Of a stretch of 64,000 nt of DNA, positions 12,545-26,800 are shown one piece after another. Source of the DNA: Lingula anatina. Its lineage: Eukaryota; Animalia; Brachiopoda. The first letter of the stretch is position 1. Each line of letters begins with the position of its first letter. Position numbers and translations under genes: made by a program. The notes beneath the pieces are model-generated. The model worked only from the letters and a program-made list of their open reading frames with translations. It was not told the origin of the DNA and searched no databases. The stretch spans positions 1,488,001-1,552,000 of the forward strand of contig CM120641.1 of NCBI GenBank assembly GCA_051362555.1, given 5' to 3'.

Positions 12545-13840
12545 GGGGAAATCTCACGAAACCTCCGGGATTTTCGTTGTTTTAAAATAACTTGCGATAA
12601 TGCAGGTATCTATATGGAGAAACCGGTTGTTCTAATATTCAGGCTCCGATAAGAACTGAAAACACAAAGAGAATGCTGAATATCGCCAGGTGTAGGTCAA
12701 AGATCACTATATATCCGGTCACACGTGGCAGCTCCTTGCCGGCGTCTGTATGCATTTACGTGAATTTACCAATAAAAATTAAAAACTGCGCATGAACCGT
12801 TTATCACGGTGTTGTGGAAAGTACTACCTCTGTTACTTGATGTTTACTTATATAGCAGACTTCCTGACATCGGTTAGTTAGTTAGGGCACTTCTTTAAAC
12901 GTTGACTAAAGGAATTTCCCGCCAGAGAGAATTGTTAGAGGCTCTCTCCACGGGGGCGTCTTGATAGTCCGAAGGTTCATTGGTCCGAAAAGTGGTAACA
13001 CTTTCATCGATTTTTTAATCAAGGGTTCATTGGTCCGAAGGTTCTATAGTGAACATTCGGACCAATGAACCTTCGGACTATTGAACCTTCGGACTATCGC
13101 TACGGCCCCCTCTCCACACGCCTCTCCCCACAGTCATACGTGCGTTCTGTAAAGCATTTTTATTATTTCCCAAAATTCAGACAGCAAAGACAAAAAACTT
13201 TATATAAGTTTATCTAAAGCGTACTTTGTGTCTTTATCTTATCAGCCTCCTCGGGTAGCCACTGCCGGTTTTCAACGTCTGTATTACACGCGGAATAGGT
13301 CCGCGATACCAAACGACCCGCCATTTTTTTTTTTTTTTTGCGAGAGATGAGGCAATATGCAAGCCGTTAATAATGAGTGGCCAGTCATTTAAACTAAAAT
13401 ATCCAATTAAAAATGGAACAAACATCAAATCCAAGTGCAAAGACAGGTCAAGCAATTATACTCAAGTAGGACGAAATTTATTTTGGCGGGAAAATCCCAT
13501 GAAGTGTCCCTTTTATCTTGTCAATTTTCTGGACAACCCACCCAAGCCTACCCCACCAGAAAGATGACATAGAACCGTTTGAAGATAAAATCTTGACTCA
13601 AAGCTGGTGTAACGAAACTGAGGGTCGATATAAAAGAAAGTCCGCCCTCCATATAGTTATAATGGTAAGGGTTAGTCTGACATAAGTGGGTCAAAATCTA
13701 AGGCGAGATTTACCTGTACAAATGAATGGGAAGCGGACTCTCTATCATGGGGGACTCCGTCACGTTACACTGGCACTTGCAATTACTCAGCGAGACTTAA
13801 AGGTACATACGAACCGAGCATCGGTGGAGCGGGGATTCCC
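12545..13840 (-). promoter_or_regulatory. kB-site cluster and candidate core promoter upstream of receptor B
   Basis: GGGAAATTCC (minus strand, 12911-12920), GGGAAAATCCC (13488), GGGGATTCCC (13831), and weaker GGGGAAATCT (12545) and GGGATTTTCG (12567). Minus-strand CAGGAAGT (ETS-like) followed by TATATAAG near 12850. Confidence 0.55.
12952..13109. mobile_element. MITE with TIRs built from ~17-bp subrepeats, 8-bp TSD
   Basis: gatagtccgaaggttcattggtccgaa at the left end pairs with ttcggaccaatgaaccttcggacta at the right end. Flanked by ctctccac on both sides. Confidence 0.75.
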
Positions 13841-14413
13841 AGTAACACGTGTAAACCTCTACTAGTTTCAAATAAATTCAACATACCAAGGGGTAAAATG
13901 AATAGATCACTCGGTCAGCCATAAGAGCTTAGACTGCTTTCTTTAAATTTTTAGGCGGAAATTTAACCTACTTTCGGGACCCACTTTTCTGCCCCATTGA
14001 CTTACAGCATAGAATGCGAGCAGAAAAATCTGTTCAAACATTAAACAATGCCTTTTGGTATTTCTCTTAGTTATACTACTTGAAACTATATGATGGTATT
14101 TGGTCGGGGCTTTTTTTTTGGCAAAAAATGACTTTGTATGCATCTTTAAACATACTTATGACTTCTTTGCAATTATGGAAATATTTTTATCTCTTCAAAT
14201 TTATTACTATTAGATGTTACTTTTTTATTACAGACTTTGTATGCCCATACTAACTGGAACATAATTTACTGACATTATTTTTTGACATCGACAAATATCA
14301 GTCGTAATATCTGATATTGTACATTTCTTCCTCTTGGAAATGAAAATTAAATAACTTTTTTTTTGTTTTTTTAAATCCCCAAGAATCCATTTTGCTATGT
14401 GGTAGCACTGATA

Positions 14414-17400
14414 TCAAGGCTTCAAGGTCTTCATTACCTGGAAAATATTAAAAAGAAAATTTCATTCTTGAAGCTGTTTGACTCATTGGATCTATTCTTA
14501 CAAAACATACAACAAACAATTTTGCAAACAGAAAAGTCTACCTTTTTATTGATCTGTTTTATTTCTAATGCAATTTTTGAAATTCATTTGATAACAGAAA
14601 TAAATATGGATAATTTTTTTGCAAATGCAGATAGCCATCTAACAAAAAGAAATTTCTAAATCAACATTCACATACACCTACCTCCTCAAACTTATGGATC
14701 TGCCTGATAAAGAAATCTCCATAGCGACGCGCCACCTTGGTGTCTGCTATGTGAATCATATCCTGTGAGGGGGATTAAAAGAAAAACTTGATAAACATAA
14801 ATTACACAAAAAATATCTTTCCTGAATTCAAAGCTAGCAACCTTAAAGACTTGCATTTGACTATTATGGGGTAGTCTTTCCTATAAGACTGAATACATTT
14901 ATTCATTTGCTCATAAATGTGAGCTATTCATTTTCATATCTTGAAAAGTAAGGCATTTACTGAAGAAAATAAATTGTTCTGAATTTTGTTTTGGTCCAAA
15001 ACTGTTTCCCCAAGACCTGACATTGAGGCAAGTTGAAAAAAGGCGCCGAGAGGCTAACCTGTTTTTCCTAAATCATGTACTGTCCTTCAAAATTTGGAGA
15101 AAAGATGATAAAATTATTTTCAAAGCAACACAACCCACTCGCTTACAAATTTCATCTTAAGATGTAACTTTCCAAGCCTTCTTACCTGATCAATATAGAA
15201 ATCCACTTCAGAAGCAGACTGGAACTCTCCCTCCAGACCACTGCAGCTCCCTGTCCAGACCACGTTCTTCATCTTGTGCTGAAATAACAGAAACAATGTG
15301 TTAGCTGTGACTGTCTCAACCAACTACTCATTGAGTTAGGAATAGAGTTAACTGCGATTGTTTTAACCAACCACTAAAATCATGACCTTGAGAATTTTCC
15401 CTAGGTTGATTAAATGATAAAATTCAATGTTTTATCTGTTTAGCAAAGGTCACAAATGAAAAATTAATCCTAAATATAAAAACATTTTCTTTAGTACCCA
15501 AAAGATGACTACAAGACATTATGTAAACAAATACCTACCTTAAAACACATTAAATGATTTCTCAGATCCTCTTCTGACTAAAAATGAAAAAAAAAAAAAA
15601 AGAAAATACAAACCAGTGAGCTGTTAAACAGTGAAGTTTTGTTGCAATTTTATTTTCCAGTACAAAATTATTTAAAATTTTTCACAGGGAAGTAGTTACT
15701 GTATCACAGAGTGCAAAAAAAAAGTGCAAAGAGCAGTGACACAAGGGGGGTTCTGGTTCTCTTTCCCTCTTCCTAATCCTGTATCTAACATAATAAATAT
15801 AATCTTAACCATTTACCGTTTCCATGAAGGCCGCCAGCTTTGATAATGTCAGTGTGGTGTACAGCTTCAGATAGCTGAAAAAAAAAAAATGGGTAAAAAG
15901 CGGTAAAATTAAAACCACAACTTAACTCCATTCAAAATTCCACAACTTTTTTCTCTGTAAAATCCAAGTCAGGATTTTAAAATGTAAATTTTAAGCTATA
16001 AAATGTTGCATAATTTTAAACTGTAAAATGCAGCATAAAGACTGCTGATTATTACTACATAACCTATTAAACCCAGTCATGGTTAGGAATGCTACAGCAA
16101 ACAACATTAGTAGTGCACTGACAAATTGATTTATGTGTGCATTAACTGATTACACATCTTATTTACAAATCAAAATTTATAATTTATACTGACTGGATAT
16201 ATGATAGTGTAAGAAAAAAATCTCCTACAATACAGACATTCCTAAAATAATAAGGTGAAAATGTAATTGAGCTTGAGTAAAATTCCCTAAGATCAGGAAA
16301 TCTCCTCAAGCATCCCCTCCTTGGTTGTGTTAGATGTGACAGTACACAATGTGTCTGTGCTCACCTTCTTATAGTTGGTAGCAATGCCTGCTGGGTAACC
16401 TCGTCCATAAACACCTTCAACTGCTGCATAAACGGTTCCTGGAGAACAATATGGAATTATATAGCTATACTATTCACATAATTTTCATATTAAGGGCTAC
16501 TGATAATCTATCAGATAATCTTCTATAGATATTTACACATTCAGTATTGTTACAAAATCTATTACACAATCCTTTACAGAAAATACCTTTTTTTATATTT
16601 ATTTAATTGAAATCTCCCTTTGCTTAAAGCTAGCAACATGGAAATGGCACTCATTATGGTTAAACTATCCAAATTAGTGAAGAAAAACTGATATTCATTA
16701 AAAAAAAACCTATGTGTGATTCGTTTTTTACCTTGTGGAAGTTGGCAGGTGTGGCGTCGTAGTTTGGCGGACAGGGAGACAGGAACTTAGGACAGGCAAA
16801 AGAAAAGCTGTTCTGAAACTCCAGGACGTCCCTAAATGTGAAAGCAACTCGTGTTAAAAGACAAGCAAACATGCTAACTTGCAACAAAATACTACATTAG
16901 GATATACCAAAAGTGATATTGCATGTGAATCAAGGAAGACATATTATCAATATAAGCATCAGAAAAATTTTATATTGAACCCTATAACGAAACAAAAGAC
17001 ACTTCAACATTTACCCACATTTACACTAAAATCCTTACTACTTAAAGACAAGGTCAGTTCACAAAATTTCAATGTTTTTTGAAATCTGTCCTCCCCATAT
17101 ACATCACACAGCAAACACTTGCCCTTTCTGCATCTTGAGCATTCTGTCTCCAAACTTCTCCCTGAGCTGTGTGTGCACACTCTCATCTATCCTCATAGGG
17201 TGCAGCACCAGACATATAGCAAGGAGGGTGTACATCTGTTCATTCTGCTTGTTGATCTACAGGGAAGTGAACACAGACCATTACATATGTACAATCATAA
17301 TATTTTTTTTAAAATTATGCAGAAAATGAAACAGAACAAGCAGTGGACATGACCCTGAATAAAAACATTTTAATTGCTTGTTTATTCATTAGACACAAAA

Positions 17401-20400
17401 GCAAAAGCAGAAAAGGTTACACAAAATTATATGAACTTCAGATGCTCAAGATGAGTCTATATGGGTACAGCCCTCCATCTTCTAACAACAAAAAAATGAC
17501 AAAAAGTGAGCATGTCTACACCCGACACTTGGAACACTTTGCTATAGGTGATAATTACACTCTGCCTTACTTTTTAAACAGACTGCAAAACACACCCTTT
17601 AAGCTACCGGACAGGTGTGAATACAAGCTTTGCTTGGTACCAGTGCTATCTTTGTGATCATCTCATCCAACTAATTATTGTGTTAGTTGCGACTGTCTCA
17701 ACCAGCTACTCATTGTGTTAGCAGAAGTGTGTTAGGTGTGACTGTCTCAACCAACTACTTACTGTGTTAGCACAATGTGTTTATGTGTGAATATCATCTT
17801 TACCTGGTCATAGAGCTGTGCCTTATTCTGGAACATCTGCTTGGTTCTCTGGATGTACAACAAGATGTTGGAGAAGGTGCGTATGGAGTCCTGGTAACGA
17901 CGCATCATCATGTATGCGAAACCCACATAGTAATACGTGGTGATCTGACAGGCGGGCACGCGGGAGTACATGTTCTGGAAATATGACCAGCATTTTGTGA
18001 TAACTTTATGGATATGTGGAGTGTACATATGTGTCAGTGAGGGATTTCACTATGAGGGGATCACAATGAAATTACACCAGACAGACAAAAACTGAATTAT
18101 CCTGAATTCAAATTGATCTTGTTCTACGAAAAAAAAAAGGCAAACCCATGTGCAATTATTATAAACTATGTTGTTAAGATGGCAAAGATATATTTCAACA
18201 CCACACAGCTATATCTTCTAAGACCATCTGAGATGAGTCTAGGTTAAAAAAAAACCTTTGAACATTTATTAAATCTCTAACAAGACTTATCTCAGGAACC
18301 ACGAAAATTGAATTTGAAAATGCAAAATTCCGTGTTTCCACGGAAAAAGCTCATGTCTGCACTGTAGAACATATTATACCAGTACACACTAGCAGCAAAC
18401 ACTTCATGGAAGAATAACAATGATAGTGAGCAGTACAAACAACCCCTTCACCTGTGACGATACACAGCATTCAATGGCCTACAAACCTTCTTATTGAAGT
18501 CAATATTCTCCAGTACTTTAAGGGCCTGGTAGTAGTCACCCAGGAGAGAGTGGAGCCTCAGCAACCCAATGAGGCTGAAGTAACCCAGCATCTTGTACAG
18601 AGAGTGGCGACCAAACTCCCCCGCTACGCTGTCTGGGTCTCCTATTAGTGGGATAAATATACTGAACATGTCAGAGTATGTGATAAACAGGTCCCTATTT
18701 ATTTTTAATCTTATTAATCTTATATTCAATTTATTTATCTATAATCTAATCAAAGAATAAAGTATAGCCAACAAAATATAACAAAGAGAACACGAAATGT
18801 TCAAGATTAAGGTCTCCCTTTGTCTCACATATTTCATAATAATGACAACAACCATTAGATATTTAAAATTCGAAAACCTGTATTTTTATTTTAAGATTTT
18901 ATATAATATGACTTAGTCTGAGATACAAGTATCAACCTCAAATGTGTGTAAATGCACTGCCGTGTGTGTAATACAGCAGACATTTTATTGTAACTAAATT
19001 GAGAGAAACAGTGATGGAGACAGATCTAAAACAAGAATCAAATCTGAGCAAAAATGTTCATTAGCTTGGTAGTTGGATCATAAATGAAAATGATCAAACA
19101 CAAGCCGAAATATTTTTGTACCGTTAGCTTACATTACCTGACATTTATAACATCTACTCACAATAGTCTGATGAAGGCCTACATCCAGGTTGGCCATAAG
19201 CTAATGATATGAAAATATTACAGCTTGTGTTTGATAGTTTTCATTTACGAAGTATCCAATCTCCTCACCTCCACTGGTATAGACTTCCAGCTGTCTGTTT
19301 ATGTTGGACTTGTCCACGAGAGAGTGGAGGACATTGAGAACAGAGTGCACATTCCAGATCTGAAATAAAAACAATAAGATTATCAACACTCTAGAAATAT
19401 ACACAGAGGTAATGCCATTTAGTTGCAAATTATGAGATAATTTTGGTTATGAAATATTTTCTTTTTAAAAGCCTGCATTTATTGTCTCAAAGATTTATAA
19501 AAGCTTTTTCAAGCAATGAATTAACTTTTTCTTGCTAAAAATTGGCATTTTTAGGAAATGCTATTCTTCACCAAGACAAAAACCAAATGAGATAATAAGA
19601 GATCTTCAAAATGAACTATACTGTTTGGAAATTGGAAGAGGGATGCTTGAAATGCCAAGGTTGTAAATACCAAGTTATATATTTTTCCCTACATCAATTC
19701 TGATAAAAATAAAACACATAATCTAAATCATTCACTGTTTATTTTCAAACATAAGAAAATGAAGTACCTGCGTTCTGATAAAGTGATAACAATTTTGTAA
19801 TAACATGCATTGAAAACTTAAAAAGGGCACAAGAAGCAGACTTTATACACAAATAGATAATATACAATACCTTGGGATTCCTCCTCAAATGTTCCACCTC
19901 ATCCTCAGACTTACCTTGGGATTCCTCCTCAAATGTTCCACCTCATCCTCAGACTTACCTTAGGGTTCCTCCTCAAATGCTCCACCTCATCCTCAGACTT
20001 ACCTTAGGGTTCCTCCTCAAATGTTCCACCTCATCCTCAGACTTACCTTAGGATTCCTCCTCAAATGTTCCACCTCATCCTCAGACTTCTTTCCAAGTTT
20101 GCACCTGTACTGACTAAATGACTGGAACTGGAAGATAACATTGGGCATCAAGTAAAATTCTAGTACATACATGTTAACTATAAAATATCAAATATCTACT
20201 TATATTATGACATTGTCTTTCAATTAATAATAATTACTGAAACTGTTCAAAGCATCTATACATATTTTAAAACCCTTATTAGCAATTCCTAATGGGTTTA
20301 TAACTACCCCATTAGCCTATTGAATATAAACATAATCTTTGTCAGAAGCTTTGTGATTCACACCGTTTTATCACATCAATGTAAATGCCTTCATGGTTCC

Positions 20401-20800
20401 AGTTGACCCACCTGGTAGATAAACTCATCAATGATGTCCCACAGCCACTGGTTAGGTAGCTCTAGGGGCACTGGGCTCTCTGCACCTAGACACATAACAG
20501 AGGGGGGCAATACAATTTATCTTTTATATACAGGTTATGAGTAGTTCTGTTAAAGGAGAATGAACATATGTGTTTAGATTTTCAGATAAAATCTACTGAA
20601 CTATAAATTATAATTTCACTTTTACTCCATAGTCAAGCCTTACACAACTGAATGACACTCACTAAGAATGTAATTGAAAAGGTTGCAGTAGTTGTAGTAG
20701 GATTCAAATCTCTGCTCCTGTGTTGGCCCAGTCTGGAATGGATTTAAGAAAAAAAGTTAATACCACAGGGACAATATTTACTTTGAAATATACAAAGTTT

Positions 20801-20862
<62 letters not shown>

Positions 20863-23800
20863 GTTGAACTTTTCTAAGTACCCTCTCTCTGATCTCATCA
20901 AATACGGACAATTTTTTTCTGAAGTACACTCAATGCCATAGTTATTTCTTCCTGAAAGTTTTAAACTTAACTGAGTTTTATTTCTGTTGATCGTTTCTCA
21001 AAAGAAAGAAAAATACACTTTTGACATTTTCAATAACCTAAACATCTACTGAAATAAAACATAAAAGATATAACACACAGAAACTTACTGCAACTCTGGC
21101 ATAGATGTGCCTGTAGTATAACTCTCTGTATAAGATCAGGAAGACAGGGTCGTCTCCAACCACAGGGGCTATAATCTCTGCCTCTGGCCAGGCCGAGTTC
21201 TTGAAGAACCTGTCAGTTAGCTTGTTGAAACTGGATTGAAAAACATTATAAAGTAAGAAGAAATCGTAAAAGAAAAAAAGTTAACTTTATGGGTTTCACC
21301 TAAAAAAAGAGCAAGAGTGTACTGTTGAGATAAGATTCACCTTCTTCCAAGTACTTGAAAAATTTGGCCCTGACCTTCAAAAATGAAAATAAACACCTCT
21401 TGTCAAACCCTTTCTTAAAATATTTTAAACTACTTTTTCTTCACTTTAAATGCATACTTTGCTTAAAACAACTCTCTTTAGTTCATTATCTAAACCAGCT
21501 ATTAAATTCTAAGACTTAATAAAAATAGCACATTCTGTGTACCCATTCTCATAAGCATTCTGTATTTCAAAGAGGTTCTGCTCATGCACACATTTCTGGA
21601 AGTAGACCAAGAAGTTCTTGATCACTTCAGGCACAATGTAGGTGGACTGCTGGTACTGCCTCTCGTATTCCAAATCCTGACGAGGATCCCCTGGGGACAA
21701 CAAAATAATAATCCATGTCAGAAGTCTAATTAACAGAACCTTAAAATTTTTCCTAATCTCTCCCAGTTTAACTTTCAACAATGCTGACATATATTAAATC
21801 TAACCGTTTATTAAACTCATAAAGAGGACAATATATTATAAGAAAAACATTAAGAAGACAACTACAGAAGATAAATATTATTATAATATTATAAATACTT
21901 GTCAAGGAAGAAGAAAAAACTTACCCGTATGCAGTTCGTACTCTGATTGTGATGGATAATAGGCATAGGGGTCAAACTGAAAACATACAGAACAGAACGT
22001 TTTTATGTCTGTCATCCCAAAAGATGTGAAGAGTTAATGCAAGTGTCAAGACCAGCAAAGCAACAGCAACAAAGGCTTAAAATTAAAAATCTAACAAAGA
22101 AGGGAAAGATTAAATTATATGCCATAAAGTGTGTTATGATGTTTATAAAATCATAATGGTGTTCTGAACATATAATAAAAACAGTCATGAGACTATAATA
22201 TGATTTGATAATTCATCTTGCCAGCCCCCCCCCCCCCCTTTTTTTTTTTTAGTAAAAATCGTTCACACATGCAGGCGGTGGAAGCGCGCTACTTATATGA
22301 TTAAGACGAGCCTAGCCGTCAGTACCGGATATGGTTTTGTGACCTTGAGGAGCAATTAGGTTTGGTCTTTGCGGCACGCATGAACAGTAGTCGAACTACC
22401 ACACCTGGGTCTTTTGTTTTTGACAACTGTTCACTCGTCATCGAGGCGCTTGTTCAAGACTACAGGCTGATATCTACTAGCACTACCAGTGGCTTCATTA
22501 GTAACGTTCCCACAATACTTAGTTTTCTGTCTGTGCGTACATACCCTGAAAAAAAGCCAGCCTCGGTGACGAGAACAATGGACGTTTCTCACCCCTCTCT
22601 ACAGTAGGACACATACTGTCGATGCGGAGTGATATAACGTCGTTTTCTCGCGCCAGGACGTAACGTCGGGCTCAAATTTTGTAAAAATTTTAACTTGGTC
22701 GAAGAATAGCTATATACTCTAAATAAATGCACACTTAGCAAGTCTAATACGATATTATGATTGTTGGGTATATAGACTTCATATTCATGTACACTTCTAT
22801 TGAAATTATGTAGTTTAGAGCGAGCTTGCGTTCGTCAAAGTCGCACTGAGCGGTAAAATTTGACCTTGGCAACATCATAACTTTGGCCACTATTCCTCAA
22901 CTAGAGAGTGTGCGGGAAATTCCGGATAAGAGATAACGTATCTTTCAATCAATGTTGTATGTATAAAAAATTATTAAAATTCATCTTTGGAAACAAATGT
23001 TGCAGAATTTTTTGTACCAAAAATCGTGCAAAATCCAGGTTTTTGCGTCATCCATGACCCAAGACGGGCCCAACTCGGCGTTTGTTTACATTTGCAGATG
23101 TACTTTATTTTGTCGATTATCACCGGTTATTTTGGATATTATTACAGTTTTCAATTGATAGTCAAACAATGCGTGTCAGTTTCATATCTAACTTGTAAAT
23201 TTAATATTGTTGCACCTTCTTTTTCTATGCCCCACTACCTGTACATGTACATTGCATAGATCTATGTTTCAATGTTACTTATGAAATTATGTTGGTAATT
23301 GAACATTTCTGAATCAAAAACTTGTTTTTCTTTATTTTGCTCAGACAAATTCATCGTTTCTTAAATGAATATTTTAAAGGATTAACAACTGTTTGTATGA
23401 GATTCACATTTAAGAATACATAGTGTAAAGAACCCATAGGAATACAATATATATTCCATTTTACCACCAAAATGGTAGTTTTCACAATTATTTTTATTTT
23501 TATATTCTTGCCATCCAATCACATTGTGGCTGTACTCTGTAATAATCTTTTGAAATATTAAAATAAATTAAAAAATAACAGTACAGACTAATTTTGAATG
23601 TCAAAACTGATTGGTAACTATTAGTAAGAAGGGGGAAATTGTCATTTACTCCAGGAGAATCCATTTTGGGCTGATATGAACAGTTACCTCTTTTATAGTC
23701 AATAAAAAACAGAGGGTAAAAAAACAACAGGATATAATTTTATTTTCAAAACAGTGGTACAAGTATACATGCACAGGAAGTCCATATGCATGGGCGCTAG

Positions 23801-26800
23801 TAAGAATACAGAAAGTATTTAGTTATACAAAGTGTGTAAAAATGTAAAAAATACATAAATAAAAACAAAAAATATTTCCAAAATTAATATAAAATTTTCA
23901 CTTTCATTGCACTAGGTTGAACTTAATGACTTTCCTATTTTTTTTTTTTTTTTTTTTGCTATCCTTTTAAGACTTAAAATAAGAGAAAAATATGATGATC
24001 ACCAAGGACAATTTATGTCTTTATTCAAAACAGTTTCATATGCTTGCAGTGTTTGCCTCTTAGGAAAATAAGTTGCTGGACCGAAAGTCCAGCCATCTTG
24101 AAAAGTAGCTGGACTGAATGTCTGCCGGGTGGGAAAACTTCTCAGCCCGTTCTGAAAGTTGTCAGCCCCGGGCAGACGGTCCAGCCTTAATTTCTAACAC
24201 TGTATGCTTGTATTTGATATCCGATATTAAAATATGGGAATATGTAACTTGCTTCCTAAAAGGGCTCTACCTGTATTTGTGAACACCAGGCATTATATAC
24301 TATAAATGGATGTGGACTGTAAATATATTCAAAATACCTCTTTTACTATTCTGACATTTTTTTTCTTATTAAATTCTTGTTTGAATGTGAAAAGCAGTCT
24401 GGCTCCTGGGAGTCCAATTAGAAAAAAATGTGTCCATAATAATACTTGTTTGCAACACTGTCATCCAATTATCTTAAAGAAATACCACCGAAGTCATATT
24501 GCTTTTTAAAAATTCAATTTTTATGTTTCAAAAAATGTAAGTGCTGCCAAAGAATACTTTGATAACCAATTTTCACTAGGGCTTGGTGACAGTTTTTTTA
24601 ATATGACTAATAGGAATGCATGATAATGATGCAGCATATCATTGTGATCACTTTTCAGGGCACTTCAAAGCCTGGCAGAGATTCTGTAATATCTGAAAAA
24701 ACTGTTCTTCTTTTATCTGGAAAAGAAAATCAGAATAAATTCAGAATTTACAATATCCATGCAACTAAAAGTAAAAACAATCTGTTTACACCCATTTTCA
24801 ATATATAGGTCCATTTAACATAAAAAAATTGACTAACAATGAGCGAGGGACGGAAGATATGTCAAAGTGGTACTTAACGAACTCACATAATAAAGTAATA
24901 ATTACTGGCTTTATCTTTTTTCATACAGAAAACATAAATGGATTAAATTTTAAACCTTTATTACTGTTGATCTTAAAACCATATAACATTCTCCAATAGA
25001 TCTACTTCATTTTAACTTTAGTAAAAATCTACAACTTCAACAGTAAGCGAGTATGGTGTATAAATGTCTCAACTTTCATACCTGCACTAGCAAGTCATGG
25101 ATTTTAAAATTTTCAATGATTTATAAAATAAACCCTACACTTTCAAATGGACCTTTATACTGAAAATGAGTGTTAACTGATCATGAAAAAAGCTCATATT
25201 ACATAAATACTTCTACCCATTCTACATGTATATCCAAACATCTTTTTCCTTACACCAATGTTAGAAAGTTTTTAAAATATTTTATCAGCCTGAAAAAAAG
25301 ACAAGGGAAATGTTAAATCTTGCCAAATACTCCTCTGACCTATTGCTAATTATTACAAATAAAAGGCGATGTATTCATAATACAATCAATATATACAACT
25401 GTCAAGCACATTATCTATACTTCACATGACAGGTGCTCGCAATGCTACGTAATACAGCTACAGTACACGTACGTACTAAGGCACATGTCGTTATGTAATA
25501 TTAGTATTCTAAATAACACTAGATCAAAAGTTAATCTTAAAACTGAACTGTAGTCGGAGTTAGATTACTCTGAAGAGCCTGCGTCGGTCACACGGTGCAC
25601 ATTTTAACAACAAATCTACAAGATACAATGTATAACAAATGTGTTTGATTATGTACAGTATGTAGTGGAGCGAAACTAGCACATTTCTCGTAATAAAAAG
25701 CATTTATATAAATTTTACAATCTAAATAATTTGCATACGTACCTGATAATGAGTCTCTGACATGCTATAAATAAGTGGGTTCCATATTTCAGCAAGGATA
25801 AAAATCATAACTTGCCGCACAACCTACTTCACCTCTCCCTGCCTCGTGGTAAATAGCGGGGTTTCGTTGGAAAGCACCTCAGTTCACCTCTCGTTTAGTG
25901 GGCGGGATTTCGGTAAATTTACTAAATTTGTATTAAGTTTTTGGTCTTTGATAAAAGGAATGTTTATTCTGTCTCTTAAATTTATATTTGACTTAATATG
26001 GGTCTATAAAGGTGCATTTTAGCACCCAAATCTGCGCGTCACATGATTTGTATCACATGACTTTTTTGAACTTCCACAGTTCAAGGTAAAAAAAATGCTG
26101 TCGTAGCAACTTATGGAACATCATTGCTTTGCGTGAAAATTGAGGTTAGTCACTAACTTTTTTGGATGAATAAACGTAATTTTAAGTTCGGGAAATGAAT
26201 GAGATGTCCACTCTTATCGGAGTTACCTCAGGGGAGAAATTTTGCACTGTTTTTTCACAACTTTTCTGATTTTCTGTCGAGACTTCTTAACCAGAGAGTG
26301 TGCGGGAAATTCCCTTCAAAATCGAAAACCTGGATATATATTCGACCATTTTATCAATTTTAAGCCAATTTCGTATTTGGAAACAATTTCCACGCAATAT
26401 AGTCCCTCGCTATACAAAAGCATTTTTGGACACGTAAAATTTTCTGTTTTCTGGATTCGGAGAGAAATAACTGTAACTCTGTACAGTGCATTGACGAAAG
26501 CTTACAGTTTTTCAATAGACGGATAACTCCTCGTTTAGTTTCTAAAATATGAAAAGTCAATTCACTGTAGTTTTTTCGCACAGTTTATTTATTTCAGACG
26601 TACGCATTTTTCATCGCGCCGCTTTTTTGGCGCTATTTCGTGACGCGGACGTACCAAAAAATCCATGACGTTTCAAATCACACCTAAATCCTGACAGTCA
26701 GTCATATGGCAACTGGCTGCGGGTAGGTAAATATTCAGAACGGAGCGCGAGCGCTAAGATGACGTCGCGGTTGAAATTTTGTAAATTTCGCAACCAGCGC

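Noticed and set aside
20704-20941. ORFs with IYIYIY runs (also poly-L at 48064-48363, SLSL at 57628-57858, poly-K at 60320-60577)
   Set aside because: The low-complexity runs are translations of microsatellites or homopolymer tracts.
22525-22556. ATG TAC GCA CAG as the eIF3L start
   Set aside because: It hits a stop after 7 codons. Exon 29834-29796 has a perfect donor, the correct phase and similarity to the eIF3L N-terminus.
24648-25763. Possible two-exon mini-ORF (MSETHYQ|[22 protein letters not shown]) in eIF3L intron 1
   Set aside because: It is very short, has no recognisable homology and lies inside a decayed transposon. It cannot be supported as a gene.
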